The position numbers were made by a program, and so were the translations under genes. Positions 11,901 to 26,900 of a DNA stretch of 64,000 bases are shown piece after piece. Under the pieces are notes generated by a model that saw only the letters and a list, made by a program, of their open reading frames with translations, did no database searches and was not told where the DNA came from. Origin of the DNA: Glaucostegus cemiculus (lineage: Eukaryota); NCBI GenBank assembly GCA_976551045.1, contig CDPCPM010000115.1, positions 1,302,001 to 1,366,000 of the forward strand, given 5' to 3'. Position 1 is the first letter of the stretch, and the number at the start of each line of letters is the position of its first letter.

Positions 11901-14900
11901 TTATCCCATACACATAGAAAAACACTTCACGGCGCTTCACAGATGCAGTTTGTTAGCTGGTATTTCCAAAAGTTTTATCAGAGGTGGGGATTGGGAATGC
12001 TGGTGCTTGAAAGGAGGATAGAGGTGCAGCAGTTTAGAAAGTTCATTCTGATGCATGGGGTTTGATAAACATCCACAAGACCACCAATACCGAAATACAG
12101 ATCAAGAGACAGGAGTCACAGAAAAAGATTTAGGGGCAAGGTCATGGAAACAAAAGGACAAAGGCCATGAGATTATCTAACACAATGAGAATTTTAAATT
12201 TAAGGCTCTGGAAGCCAGTAAGATTAGAAAAGTTATTTAACTACTGAAATTTGCTGCAGCATTATTAATCATGTTTTGTTTTAAAAATCGTAGAATCATG
12301 GAAATTTTACGTACTATTTTCCAAGCAATATTTATGCTTAAAGCCTTCTGAAAGGCTGCTCTACGCCAAAACAATAATAGTGCACAAGCTAATTGATGAG
12401 ATGAGTTCTTCCACAACAGAAAATTACGACCTCAGCTGAATAAGCTAGTAATACTTACAAAGATATACAGTATGTATGTGTGTGTGTGTGCTGGGGAGGA
12501 AAGGGTGGGCAGGGGAAGGAAGACAAGATTAAGTAGCTTGCAGGAAAAAAGCACTTGTGTAGTATGATTCTAAATATGTTCTTCACCTTTGCAAAAATAA
12601 AGAAAAACATCAGTATAGCAGGGAACTACAAATGATCTACAATACAGAACGAACTTGGATTTGAATCCTGTTGCCACCACTAAACAAAGGTGACGGTTCA
12701 CTTTAAAGCACTGCATCCTATCTGGTGAAGCCTGACAAACTACCATAGCAATGAATACAATAGCAGCTTCCTCATGGGGTCTCTCACCACTGTACAACAA
12801 ACTTCACTGAAGACCTTTGAGTGGCTCCAGTGACACAAGTTTATTGCAATTTTGAAATTACGCTCCAATGGAGTATAAATAAGACACTTGTGCTTTTCAA
12901 CTACTTCAACACAAACCTTGGCAGCAAATTCATTCTTAGCTTTATTGTATTCATCCACAGCACTTTGCAAAGTGGCAACTCGTCCTTCAATTGTCTGTTG
13001 GAACAAAAAGAGGATCATCTGAAAACTTTAAAAGTAGATGAAGTGAGTTTAATTTAAAATTAAAGGACTAAATTATATTTCCAGGTGTTTTACAAAGCTT
13101 AATTTCATGCAACACAAGAACGTATTAGGAGCGATGACTGAGTGTTTGGTCACAAAGGCAGGTTATAAGGAGAACTATAAAGCAGTAAAGAAAAGTAGAG
13201 GTTTCAACAGGGAACTCCAGTGTTTAGGGGCCTTGGCATCTAAGGGCTTGATTGTCAATAATGTAGCAAATTTAAACCAAGACCGAGAAGCAGCAAGAAC
13301 TCTGTGTAGTGTATATATCTCAGAGGATTGTAGGGATGGAAGGTGAGCAAGGCTATGGAGTGATTTGAAAACTGGGTTAATAATTTTAAAAACCATACTC
13401 CTTAATTGGAAACTACTGAAAAATCAGCAAAAACAGGAGTGATGGACAAATGAGTATGGGTTAGGACACTGGCAGCAGAGTTTTGAATGGCCGAAAGGAT
13501 AAAAAGAGCAGAGTGAAGAGGAGCAGATACTGGAATTGTCACGTGCATAGGTAATAAGGACATGAATCTCAGCAGCAAGTGAGCTGGGGATGACTGGTGT
13601 CAACTGTTTCTGGATAGGAATATTTCTAAGCCGGGTGCTTTCCACTGCTGTTCACTTGATCTGCTGTGTGTCGGAAGGAAAAGAGGATAGCCAAAAATGG
13701 AGCAGCCACCTGACTCAGGTTGCCAAAGCTCATGCAGAAAATGCAGTTTCATCATTCACTGATTTTTGGTCCAGTGTCAGAAGTTATATTTATTTAATAT
13801 GCAATTCTTGCCTAAAAAATTCCCACAGTGATTCAGAGGTTTAAAAAGAATTGCTTAAACACCAGGAGTCTTCCCTATCCCAGACAACGATGAGCAGATC
13901 CATCCTGATGAGGATGCTTAATGCCTGCTTGCACTACATTTGACTACTTAACCTGTTGGATTTCTGGTAATGTTTATTCTAAGGAGGGTGACAGAAAGAG
14001 AAGGGAGGGGGTGGAACGGAGAGGGGGGGAATTTAGACAGAGGATAAAAAAAAATCACTTTATCTGCATCAATAATACAGAATGACTTTTCTGCAGGTTA
14101 ATGCTTCAACCAGACCTAGAAAACTGACAGTGTATCACACGGGTCTGGCCTGTTGTCACAAGTTTGAAAAATTCTGTCCTCATGAATGTGTCTTCCAATT
14201 CTACAACTTTACTGCACCATTGGCACTTGACTCTACTCAGTATTTTAAGGTGTGATCTTTATTCAAAATCCATTTTGTACAGATCCCACTAGATGTCGGT
14301 GGAATGAGAACCCTGCTCTTACCGTTTCATTGCAGTAACTGGAACGCACATAGAAGTTGCCAAGTTCTTGATGGTTGTCATCCTGATTGAACAGATCCTT
14401 GAGAGTCTCTGGCTCCTGGTGCTTACAGAACTACGAGCAAACATTCACTAGTCAAAAGTCTGCATAACTGCAAAAATACAATCATTCCCATTTACCATTC
14501 ACAGTGAATTATCGAAAGTTATATCATAAAATGATCTAAACACAGTAAGAATTACATTGTTGTTAAAATTATTTACCTCTAGTGAAAGGCAAGAACCATA
14601 AATACTCATAGGGTAATGGACAAAAGTGTCAAATTCAAAGTTACACACCTCTTATAACTCAAAATATTTTTGGTTAAGTTAATAGGAGCTTCACTCTGCA
14701 CCAACCCAGAGTACATGATATCAATCATCTACCCCCATATTAGATATCAAAACTGGAAAAGTACACCACACCGTCAACTTAATTTTAAAGTAACAGAACA
14801 AATAAATAAACTAACAATACAAAAGCAGAAAATGCTAGAACTACCCATTGAGTCAGGCAGCATCAGACCATAATGAAAAAGAGTTAATGTTTCTGGTTAA

Positions 14901-17900
14901 CTACTTTTCACCAAAACTAGAAAAATGTGAGATTCAACAGACTTTAACATACAGGAGAAGAAAGGATAAAAGTTAATAAAAGGTTTGTGATGGAATAAAA
15001 TACATGAGAGATTAAATAATAAGAATGACGGTGCAGAGTTAAAAGGAGCTGGGGTAATAGAACAAATAAAGTGTCAAGAAAATGACTGAGGTGGTGTACT
15101 TGGAAACAGCAAGATAGTCACTGAAATTCATTTCTGAAAAGCTCAATATTGATTCTGGACAATGCCCATTCAAAATAAGGTTTTATCTAATGTTGAGCTT
15201 ACTGTAACAATGTAAAGCCTAAGGACGTAGAAGTCAGAATGTGAGAGGAGCTGAGAATCAAGGTAACCAGTGCTCAGAAGCTTGAGGTCATGCTCACAGA
15301 TTGCATTTAGTACCTCCAGTGTAGGAGATCACATCATTAACAAATTTGTCTTGTAAAATAGAACTACAGCGCTAAACTCCCAGAAACTGTAAAACTTATG
15401 TCGTAGATAATAAACATTTGCCCATACCTGACGATAAAGACTCAATGCAACAGGCTGATTCTGTAGAGTCATAAAAAAGTCTCCTCTGTTCATCTCACTT
15501 TTTAGATGCGTCACAACAGTGTACACTGAAATGAAAGCACGCAAGAGAAGTGTCAACATTACAAGATCAAAGTTTTAAAAACAGTCCTTACAATATTATT
15601 CATTTTGGTTTAGAAAGTTATTTGCTCAATTGTTAGCCATTATCTAATTGCCCAAAGGACAGTGAAATTGCATAATTCGATCTTCATAATTATTATGAAG
15701 TAGGAATCAAAACTATTGTACATATATCTGAATGTCTTTCACCTACTAATGAGATTAGAAATTATATCAAACCTAATGTTGACCATTCCTTATTCGCCCT
15801 ATACTCAGAGCTTTGCAGTACGTTCATGTGAAAGGCTTGCTGAACTTGCCAGTCAATTAAATAAACATTGATAAACACTATGCAAAAAAAAATCAAGGTT
15901 AAACAATCATATCAATGACTAGTCCTTTTGACCCCAATCAAACTAATTTTACCAATAAAACTAACAGACAGATGAACAAAAAACATTAAACAATGGTTCT
16001 TTTTTGTGTGAAAGTGCCATGCTGCTGGTGACCCTGAAGTGGATAGCTATTTGACCCCAGGACTGAAGGCAATTTTTGAGAAGTGTTCACACAAGGTTTG
16101 AGAATGAAACAGACTTTACCTTCAACAGATGGCAAACAAATGAACTATTCTAAAACAGAGTGGCAAACTGCAGTTTGTTACTGCATCACAATGATTACTC
16201 CACCCATCCCCACCTCCCCAACCACCTTTCATCCAAAGTCATTTTCTGCTTTCCCAACCCTAGAAATTCCTAATGCACACTCTGAAAAGCCTCACTAATC
16301 AGCCCTGTTTGCGAGCTAACAGGATAAGCTTGAACCTGCCAGCTTCCTTCATACCCAAAATGTTACATTGAAGGACAAAGGCAAAAAGTATAGTTAACTG
16401 ACTTGCCAGTTACAGCATGTTATAACAGTCCTGAGCTGCCTGTAGTTTGAGTCAGAAATAATGATGAACACCTTCACTAAAATGTGTTCACCTACGATTC
16501 TCATCTCCCAAATAGAGCTGCTGACCTGATGGATTATAGATGGAGACCAGATCTTTTTAACTAATTCTCCTACATCGCCTGCCTTCACAGACTTCTGAAT
16601 GGCCAGGAGGGTCCGGAATCTCTCTAAATTCTTTAATGTTTTGGGGAAACTGGCTCAGAAAGTATCCCTGAAGCAATTGCCACAGATGTGCAACCAAATA
16701 AGTACTCAAAAGGCATCGAGAATTCTACCCTCTTTTCAAGAGAGCCCAAATTACATCAGCCTAATAACAAGTATCACAATACCCAATGCAAGTTATCCGG
16801 CCACTTGTTAACATTTCTAAGATGCCTCCTTCACACAAAGATATCACTGGTGTGAAATGTTCTTCCAGAGCTCCGCCTATACCACTGATCAAATTCCCAC
16901 AATGCAAAATCAGTTTTATCAAATCCAAAGATGGGACAAGCATCCCCAGAGCAAAACACGATGTGATAAGTAACAGAACAAATGATGTAAACAGAAGCAA
17001 ATATTTGCAACACCATCAGTAGTAGAAGCCCCTAGCTATAGAAAAATGTCAGTGGACCACACTGCACATCTGGTTGCCACCTTCTATACCTCTGGATGGT
17101 AAATGATGGAAAGCTGCACTAACAGGAATGCACTGCTACATCTATTCAAAGCCTCTAATAGTATACAAGCAAAATTGTTATTGTTGGAGAATGCCTGTTA
17201 GGTTTCCCTTTCAAGTATTCCCTGTCTCCCTTAAGGACTTTCGTTGCTATGCTGGGCACCCACAATTGCAATGACATTGTAGCCTTCATTCAAGAAACAA
17301 GTCCATGGTAAAGTGGGAAAAATCCCAAGAAAAAAGGGTAATGTATGCATTAAAGGTAGATTTTAAAATAGTCAGAATCCTTTTCTAGAAATGCTCAATA
17401 AATGTCTTCAGTTAAGTTGTTTGATGTAAAGCCAGAGCACTAAGAAAGCCAAGAGAAAGCATAAAATAGTAAATATTTTACCTTATAATCTCTCACATTT
17501 ATGGGACTTGACATCTGTTACTCCAAAAAATCTCAATGACCTCTGTTAACTTATCACAATCACTCCCCCATCACCCCTAATTCCAAACAGACCAGTGTGC
17601 AAGCTATGTGCGACAATCAGAGTACCATGCCAATCTTTAAGGGCCAATTACAACCTACAGAACAGCACTGTAATTTGAAGGAAGGTAATCAACAAAAACG
17701 TTGGCTCCTTTCACTGCAACCTATTTGCTAGATTGTGTAAAGTAATCCTTTTCATTTTCCCCCAACCCCATCCACATAACTGTGATGACTGACAGAGAGA
17801 AGGTTCTACGTGGACTTCCAGACATGCAAGGTGAAAGGCAGAAGTCTACTCTGCCTCTGAAGTCACCACAGACCTGAAGCAGAGTGGTGACTTATCAGAG

Positions 17901-20900
17901 AGAGGGTCCAGATCCACTTTGCGTCTGGTCCTTAGCTTCAGGCCAGGGAAGTGAGATCCCATTTATAGGAATGGGGTTGCCAACCCTGTGGTGATGCAGA
18001 TAACTGATTTTCTTTTGTACTTACAATGTTTTTCATTTTTAGTATTTTAATGTATTTTTGATTGTACTACATTTAAAAAAACAATGATTATTAAATCTAT
18101 TTTTGTATTATTATTATTGTCTCTGATTTTCAGAGACATTTCAATACTCTTTAAAAATCCTGACAGCAAGGAACCCACCCTGCACGGTTGGATACCTGTC
18201 AGGTGCAGGAGGCAGAGTAGGAGGTTAGGGATGCAAGAAGGATGGCTCAGCCTGATTAGCTCCCTTTGCATCTGGGCAGGTGGGTACCATGAGCAGCGGA
18301 CTGGGTTCAAAACAACCTGACACAATAATATCTACACATTCTCTCTGCAAGTTTCTGCCACAGAATAGAGTTTTTACCAAGACTGAAAAGATAAGGGAAG
18401 TAATTAGCTCTCCAGGAATTTCCAAGCATGAGAAAAAATTGAAACATGACTAAGTTTAACCAGCTTAGAGGCTACTGGTTTCACTTGCATGTTATTTCAT
18501 TTACCTAAATCAGTGTCTCCACTTTCTATGGCTTTAAGTAGTGCCAACTGACTCCTTTTCATCTTTAACAGCAAGGGTACCTGCTCACCAGATCTTGGTT
18601 CATACTCTAGAAGCTAGAACAAAACACAAATTATAAATGCAATAGAAACTGTGGCAGCTTTCGCCAGGGATTTTTATAAGTGCATCTCCATGTCAAGTAA
18701 CCAAATTGTACTTTCGGAAAAGTAATTTACATCAGATAGAATTTACTGTCAAAATGATAAGGCTAATGAGGCTCAACACTGAACTTGTGAAAATTTCAGA
18801 GTTTTAGGCAAGAGCAAATCCAGATTAGATATGAAATGTTCAATAGCCATTGCCTGAAATTTACCATTAGTTTTTGCACAAACAGTACCTCTCTGATTCA
18901 CCTTGAAAATCAACTGAATAGTGTGAAGTTCCTGTACTCGAATGCAAGACATGAACTAAACTCACCACAGAAATGTCTCTTTCTTTCATTCTATGTAACA
19001 GCATAATTAAGTTTTAATTACTGCCAAACAACTCACTGAGATGAAAATTATTTTTGTTTACATGTAAGGAGTTTTATTCCTTTAGTTTTTAAAATGCTTT
19101 TGGAAATTTAAATAAGCAAACTTTAAAAAAAGTCTCACCTTCAAACCAACCTTATTTCTCCACTTCTCTCTCTGCACCAGGTACAATATTTCATTTCCTA
19201 ATGCATTGTCTGAACTATTTCTTTATAATTCAATATATCTAACTGGTTATTAAGAAAGGAGTTTCTTTCCATGTGCATGGAGTCTCAAATCCATTTTGAG
19301 AACACAGACCTCTTTTCATCTAAAAAAAATATCTTCATGCTCTAAGCCTTTTTTGATCTGTGGTACTCCTGTTCAAGTGCTTCCCACAATTTTTGTCAAT
19401 TTTCCCTTCATTATAAGTTGTTACATTTATATGTCCCCCAGATTAATTTAATGTGCAATTATGGGTAGTATTATAGCAACTGTTTAGCTGCTACCTTGAT
19501 TTTACTTTTGATTGATCTTTGCCTGTTTTTCATCAGCCATTTCAGAAGTTAAATTTCTATTCCGAGATCGTATTGACAGTCAGTTTATACTTCCTTTATT
19601 TGGCCTGTTCTCAGATCCTGTTGCAGATCGTTTGTTGCTCCCATCACCATTCACCTTTAAAGTTTGCCCTCCTTTTCAATGAATGGAGGATGCAATTATT
19701 GGTCTATTTAGGTCATTGTTGCTTCTTGTTTGATATAGAATTGAGCAGAGTTCTCTATTACAAGCTCTGTTACAACACAAAAATAAAAGGACTAAATTTT
19801 AGTCACCTTTATTGCTAGCTCTGTTCTGCCACAATCATAAGCTTTGGCGGCAATTTCGGAATAAGAAATGCCAGGGGTGTCCCCAAGTTTGTGATTGATT
19901 GCACGAGCAATGCTATCATCAGGGTCTTCCTTCTGTTGGACCTGTGGATTATAGAAAGTAATTGTCACTAAAAAGAAAATCCTATGCCTATTTATTTGGG
20001 GGGGGGGGAGCGGGGGGAAAACAGGAGAAGTTGCAGGCCTATGGGAAACTGCAGGAGAATGAAACTAATTTTAAAAGCTCTTTCAAAGAGCTGGTATAGG
20101 CACACCAGACTGAATGGCCCTTTTCTGTTTTGTGATTCTACAATAAGGACCACTTAAAGCTTGAAAAAGACCAAATGCTGAGCTCTCTTCTAGTCCTAGT
20201 GCTCCATCCTTGACTGATTGAATATCAGTGTAGTGATACTGTGGTTCTGAAACAAAAAGGAGCAAGGAATAAAAAAAGAGGAAGGGTTATGAAATGACAA
20301 AATAACTACAATTTCCTCTCCATATATTGCATGCATCCTTTCTCATCACTGCTAGTCGCACATGGAAATTACATCACCCAGCTGTGAGGTGGCTCTTCTT
20401 CGGGAGAACATGAACCTATGGAACAGTCAGGGGCTCATGTTTAACAGGATGCCCAGCCTTTACAAGCTGAGGGGGAAAAAAAATCACTTTCAAAACCCGA
20501 AGGGGTCATAAAGGAATCTTCCAATTTTTGCACTAATTACCATAGGTTTCTCTCCCAGGAAGCCTTCACCTATCATTTCATCTCTCCCAGGACATGACAG
20601 GCTTCAGGCCAGACCAGGAGTGTTGTGATAGAAAAGATATCACAACTTTGTGGGGCAGGATGTATGAAGCTCATTACTTATAGCCCCATGGAGTCAATCC
20701 CTCATAATCTCATGTAGCTGGAGTGAAAAAATTTGTTTTTGGTTCTGGTCTGTCTTAAGAGCAGAAGGATATGTCCAAACTTTAGGTATAGAACATAGAA
20801 AAACTACAGCACAATTCAGGCCCTTTGGCCCACAAAGCTGTGCCGAACATGACCCTACACTAGAAGTTACGAGGCTTACCCATAGCCCTCTATTTTACTT

Positions 20901-23900
20901 AGCTCCATGTACCTAAACAGTCTCTTGAAAGACCCTATTCTATCCACCTCCACCACTGCTTCCGGCAGCCCATTCCACGCACTCACCACTCTGAGTAAAA
21001 AACCTACCCTTGACATCTCCTCTATATCTACTCCCCAGCACCTTAAACCTATGTCCTCTTGTGGCCACCATTTCAGCCCTGGGGAAAAGCCTCTGACTAT
21101 GTACCCGATCAATACCTCTCATCATCTTATATACCTCTATCAGGTCCCCCTTCATCTTCCTTCTCTCCAAGGAGAAAAGGCTGAGTTCCCGCAACCTGCT
21201 CTCATAAGGCATGCTCCGCATTCCAGACAGCATCCTCGTAAACCTCCTCTGCACCCTCTCTATGGCTTCCACATCTTTCCTGTAGTGAGGTGCTCAGAGC
21301 TGAGCACAATACTCCAAGTGGGGTCTGACCAGGGACCTATATAACTGAAGCAATACCTCTCTGCTCCTAAATTCAATCCCGTGACTGATGAAGGACAATA
21401 CACCATATGCCTTCCTAACCACAGAGTCAACCTGCGCAGCCGCTTTGAGCGTCCTATGGACTCGGACCCCAAGATCCCTCTGATCCTCCACACTGCCAAG
21501 AGTCCTACCATTAATACTATATTCCGCCAACATATTCGACCTACCAAAATGAACCACTTCACACTTATCTGGGTTGAACTGCATCCGCCACTTCTTAGCC
21601 CAACTCTGCATCCTATCTATGTCCCTCTGTAACCTCTGACAGCCCTCCAAACTATTCACAACACCCCCAACCTTCGTGTCATCCGTAAACTTACTAACCC
21701 ACCCCTCCACTTCCTCATCCAGGTCGTTTATAAAAATGGCAAAGTGCAAGGGTCCCAGTACAGACCTCTGAGGCACACCACTGGTCACCAACCTCCACTC
21801 AGAATATGATTCTTCAACAACCACTCTTTGCCATCTGTGGGCCAGCCAGTTCTGGATCCACACCACAATGTCCCCTTGGATTCCATGTCTCCTCACCTTC
21901 TCCATAAGCCTCGCATGGGGCACCCTATCGAACGCCTTGCTGAAATCCATATACACTACATCTACCGCTCTCCTTTCATCAATGTGCTTAGTCACATCCT
22001 CAAAAAATTCAATCAGGCTCATAAGACAGGACCTGCCTTTGACAAAGCCATGCTGACTATTCCTAATCATACTATACTTCTCCAAATGGTCATGAATCCT
22101 GCCTCTCAGGATCCTCTCCATCAGCTTACCAACCACTGAGGTAAGACTCACCAGTCTATAATTCCCCAGGCTATCTCTACTCCCCTTCTTGAATAAGGGA
22201 ACAACATCCGCAACCCTCCAATCTTCCGGAACCTCCCACGTCTCCATCGACGATGCAAAGATCATCGTCAGAGGCTCTGCAATCTCCTCCCTCACCTCCC
22301 ACAGCAACCTGGGGTATATCTCATCCGGTCCCGGTGACTTATCTAACTTGATGCTTTCCAAAAGTTTCAGCACCACCTCTTTTCTAATATCTACACTCTC
22401 AATCTTTTCAGGCCGCTGCAAGCCCCCACTATAATCCCCTACATCCTTTTCCATAGTGAATACTGACGTAAAGTATTCATTAAGTACTTCCACTATATCT
22501 TCCGGATCCACACACTTTCACACTTTCGTACTTGATAGGCCCTATCCTTCCGCATCCCATCATCTTACTCTTCACATACTTGTAGAACACCTTGGGGTTT
22601 TCCTTAATCCTGCCCACCAAGGCCTTCTCATGTCCCCTTCTGGCTCTCCTAATCTCTTTCTTAAGTTCCTTCCTTTTAGAGATCTGGAAGAGTACAAGGC
22701 TAAGTACCTTTTGTATGCTTTTCTTTTCCTTTTGACTAGATTAATTATAGCTTTCGTACACCACGGTCCCTGCATCCTCTCGTGACTCCCTGTCTCATCG
22801 GAACATGTCTATGCAGAGCTCCACACAAATACCCCCTGAATATCTGCCACATATCTTCTGTACGTTTCCCAGAGAACATCTGTTCCCAATTTAATCTTCC
22901 AATCTCCTGCCTGAGAGCCTCATAATTCCCTTTACTCCAGGCAAGCGTCTTTCTGGTCTGCCTGTTCCTATCTCTCTCCAATGCTAACATAAAGGAGATA
23001 GAATTATGATCACTATCACCAAAATGTTCACCCACTGAGAGATCTGACACCCGACCAGGTTCATTTCCCGGTATCAAATCAAGCACAGCCTCTCCTCTTG
23101 TAGGACTATCTACATACTGTGTCAAGAACCCTTCCTGAACACACCTAACAAACTCCATCCCATCTAAACCCCTCACCATCTGGAGATGCCAATCGATACT
23201 TGGGAAATTAAAATCCCCCCATCACAACAACTCTGTAATTCTCACACCTTTCTAGGATCTGCCTCCCTATCTGCTCCTCAATAACCCTGTCACTATTGGG
23301 TGGCCTATAAAAAACACCCAGTAAAGTTATCAACCCTTTCCTGTCCCTAACCTCCACCCACAGAGACTCCGTAGACAATCCCTCCACAATGTCCACCTTT
23401 TCCACAGGCGTGACACTATCCCTGATCAACAGTGCCACTCCCCCTTCTCTCTTGCCTCGCCCCCTGAAGCATCTAAAACCCGGCACTTGAATCAACCATT
23501 CCAGCCCCGGAACTATCCAAGTCTCCGTAATGGCCACCACATCAGAGCTCCAAGTATCAATCCAAGCTCTAAGCTCATCCGACTTGTTGACAATACTCCT
23601 TGTGTTAAAATAGACACATCTCAAGCCTGTCTGAACACATCCCTTCTCCAACACCTGCCTATGGTACTTACTCCTAGCCTCCTCTATTTGAGAGCCTATC
23701 ACCTCTTCCCCGGCCTCTCCAGTATGGATCCAAAATTATAAAGCAATCAAAACTTTGGGACTCAACATAACTGGTGTCAGGGAATTTTAAACAAAATCAG
23801 TTGTACTCTTGGTGACCAGTGGAATGTCCTCATACACAACCAATAATGTGGCCTTGGCTTTCAATGATCCAATAGTTAGACATCTACTGATGTTGACTGT

Positions 23901-26900
23901 CCAAGGCCAGACAAGAAAAATGACCAGTCTTGCAAAGTATTATGGAACTGCTTTAAATGAAAAATCAATCACAATGTTGCTATTGTCAGAACAAGAGAGG
24001 CAAGAGGTAAAAGAAGACATGTTTCATTTAATTGAAGGACGATTACTGAACATTTAGTTTTGAGTAGGAAAATAAAGACGAGTCTTTACCTTATAACAAG
24101 CCCAGTGAGCCAATATCCGACTTGCTCCTTGAAATTCCGATATTTTCATATACTCACAAATTTTTATTGCAAGAGAATACAGTTTACGTAAAATTAATCT
24201 ACGGAGATAAAGGAAATAAAGCAGGACTGAAGCTATTCCCTCATAAAACTTGCTCAATTAGGTCAAATACAAGTTGACATCTAAAACTATCATAATAATG
24301 GGGGGAGCAAATGCAGACCAAATCAGAGAGCAATTGCGTATTTAAATATTAAGAGAATCAATGGATATGGGATCATTGCAGAAACTTGTGCAAAAGATCA
24401 GCCAGGATATTATTGAATGATGAAGCAGGCACAAGGAGCCAGACACCCTACTCACGCTTCTGTTTCCTATTGTTTATGCAGAATATTGAAGAATAGTTTT
24501 ATGGCAGGATTCTGGTTAACTACATCACTTTAGAAGAAATTTCCCTGCCAACCTATGAGGAAAAGCTAAGAATGTTATCAAAGAGCACACTCACATATTT
24601 TAGCATTAGAAGAGAGCAGGAGTCAAATCTGTCAGTTACTATTTGAGTAGGATTAAAACAAACAGGCATCACCATTCCTCACTTCATCTTGAAAATTATT
24701 GCAAAAATTAAAGGCATAAGTTACCTGTCAATTAGGACTTCAATAGTGAGCTGCTTATATCTGAAATACAAGTCAAAGATCAACTTGAAAGCAATCAAGA
24801 TGCAAAAATGCTTATTTGCTTTAATACACAATAAAACCCCAACTACAAGGGGCTCTAAGCAAATATTATCAAATTTCAATCACATTAGAAACCTAGCTGA
24901 GACACCTGAGAATTAAATTTTAGGATATACAATGATTTTTTTTTAGAAGATCCCAAATTCAGGAAGATGGATCATGAATAAATTACTGTGATTATGAACA
25001 GTAGTAGTTAATTTGTTTAAATGGCAAACTGTCACTTAGCACACCAAATACCAGTAATATTAGCTTGCATTAACATGTCCATTTTAATGTCATAGGGCCA
25101 TTATATTGTTGTCATGGGGCCAGTTGTCAAAATTTCATGTGACTTTTGAGAAAAAAGCTGTTTTAAACTAAAGATCCAATTGTTGGTTGGAATAAAAGTT
25201 CTCATCACTCATAACATCATTTGATGTTATCTCAATTACTCATTAGGCCTTCCAATTATTTCCAAGTTTCTTGATTTTGTTTTTTAACCATTCTTGGATT
25301 CGGCATTCATCAAAATATCATTTCCCCATAATTATTTTTTTCTGAACTTAATGTTTTACAAGCAGCTGGTTCTTGACAGAAATGAATCAGTAAACAATGC
25401 AGCTACAAGAGCTGTCTTCCTAGCTATCAACTGTTGATTCTTTTTCCAATGCATTTTGAAATTCCAAAAATAAATCCAGTATGAATAATAATCAGTAAAA
25501 TTGAAAGTATTTTGAATTGTATCTCAAGAAATTGACTTTGAATAACTCAAGAAATGAATACATTTAACTAAATAAATAACTTGAAACAAACTCTAGTTGT
25601 AATTTCTGCAGTTCCAGAAACACACAGTTAGAATGGCCTTTTTAGGACAGTTGTGTGACAGAACCAACCTAATCTCAAATTACATGCAAGGATACTGGGG
25701 ATAACTGAGAGGGATGCCAACAGTGTAGTCACGAATGGCATTCAACACTCGTAGATCTCGAGCCATCTTCACAAATGTATCTGGAGGAAAGTTGCTGATA
25801 AAGCATTTACCAAAGGAGGCTGCCTGTGTCCAAAGTAAACAGAAGGTCAATATATATTGTACATACGAATTTCAATTATTTAATTTTCTTCTTTTTCAGT
25901 TTAAGAAACAAATGTAATAGGCAATCATGATATAATTAAATCTGTTGTGAACCAGACTGTGTGAACTTTACAAGGCCTAATTATCCTTATATCATTAAAT
26001 TTTGTTCATGAAAGGGAACTATCATTTCATTTTCAGATGTTAATAAAGCAAAAACAGGAGAAATGGTACAACATCAGGATGTACAATGTTAAAAGAATAA
26101 ATGTTTTAGTCTGCAACTTTAATCACTGCTAAGGGAAGTAGATAGCTCTGAAAACTGATGAGGTTTATTGGTAAGAGACATTTTATCTTGCAATACAATA
26201 TTGTGGACCATGTAAAGATGAGAGAGTCTGGTTTTGATGGTTATGACCAACTCTAGAATTATGTTCAAAGTTCCATATATTTCTGTAGCTCACATGGGAG
26301 AAATGAGCAAATATTGGCTAAATTAATGAAACAACATATCATGCTGTTGATTCCAAAACACTTGAAGTCATTCTTGCCAAATGAATGTTTTCCACACAAC
26401 TTGCATGACAGGATAATGGAAAATTCCCAATTTTAAGGTAGGTTTTTGGCTAACTGCATCCATTCAACTGTAACATTGCTGAAATTTTGAACTATTGACA
26501 ATGTTATCTCAGCATCTGCTGAGTCGAAGCACCACAACACAAAACTGCCTTTGAAGTTTCAAAAAAACTAATGATCATGCAGAAGCCTTCTATTCTGCCT
26601 CACTACTACCTTGGAAGATCCTGATTTGATATCACTGTTGTAATAATATGACCACTGTCTTCCAAAAGGTCTTTAATTTGTATATTTAACTTAATTTGTT
26701 TCATCCTTGCTGTATTTCTGCCTCTCTTCTCAACATATTTAACCTTTGTGGCATTCATTGCTGCACAAGCTGAAACAAACTAATTACTCAACAGGAGAAG
26801 TACATAGAGATTTGCTAGTTAGGATGGTTAATTTGTTCACAAGTTTACTAACAAGTGCCAACTGTTTCCCTTTCTAATTCCCTTTGCTGCTCTGCTACTC

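Noticed and set aside
16599-17022. Cluster of short overlapping ORFs as a hidden nested gene
   Set aside because: No recognisable domain or consistent splice signals; probably a decayed repeat.
18158-18203. Hairpin CCTGACAG...CTGTCAGG as a structured RNA
   Set aside because: A single 8-bp stem is within chance expectation for 64 kb and has no other support.
20907-23741. Plus-strand ORFs over the CR1 elements (also 4650-5475, 30617-32648 and 63327-63656)
   Set aside because: They are antisense shadows of LINE ORF2 with no independent protein motifs.
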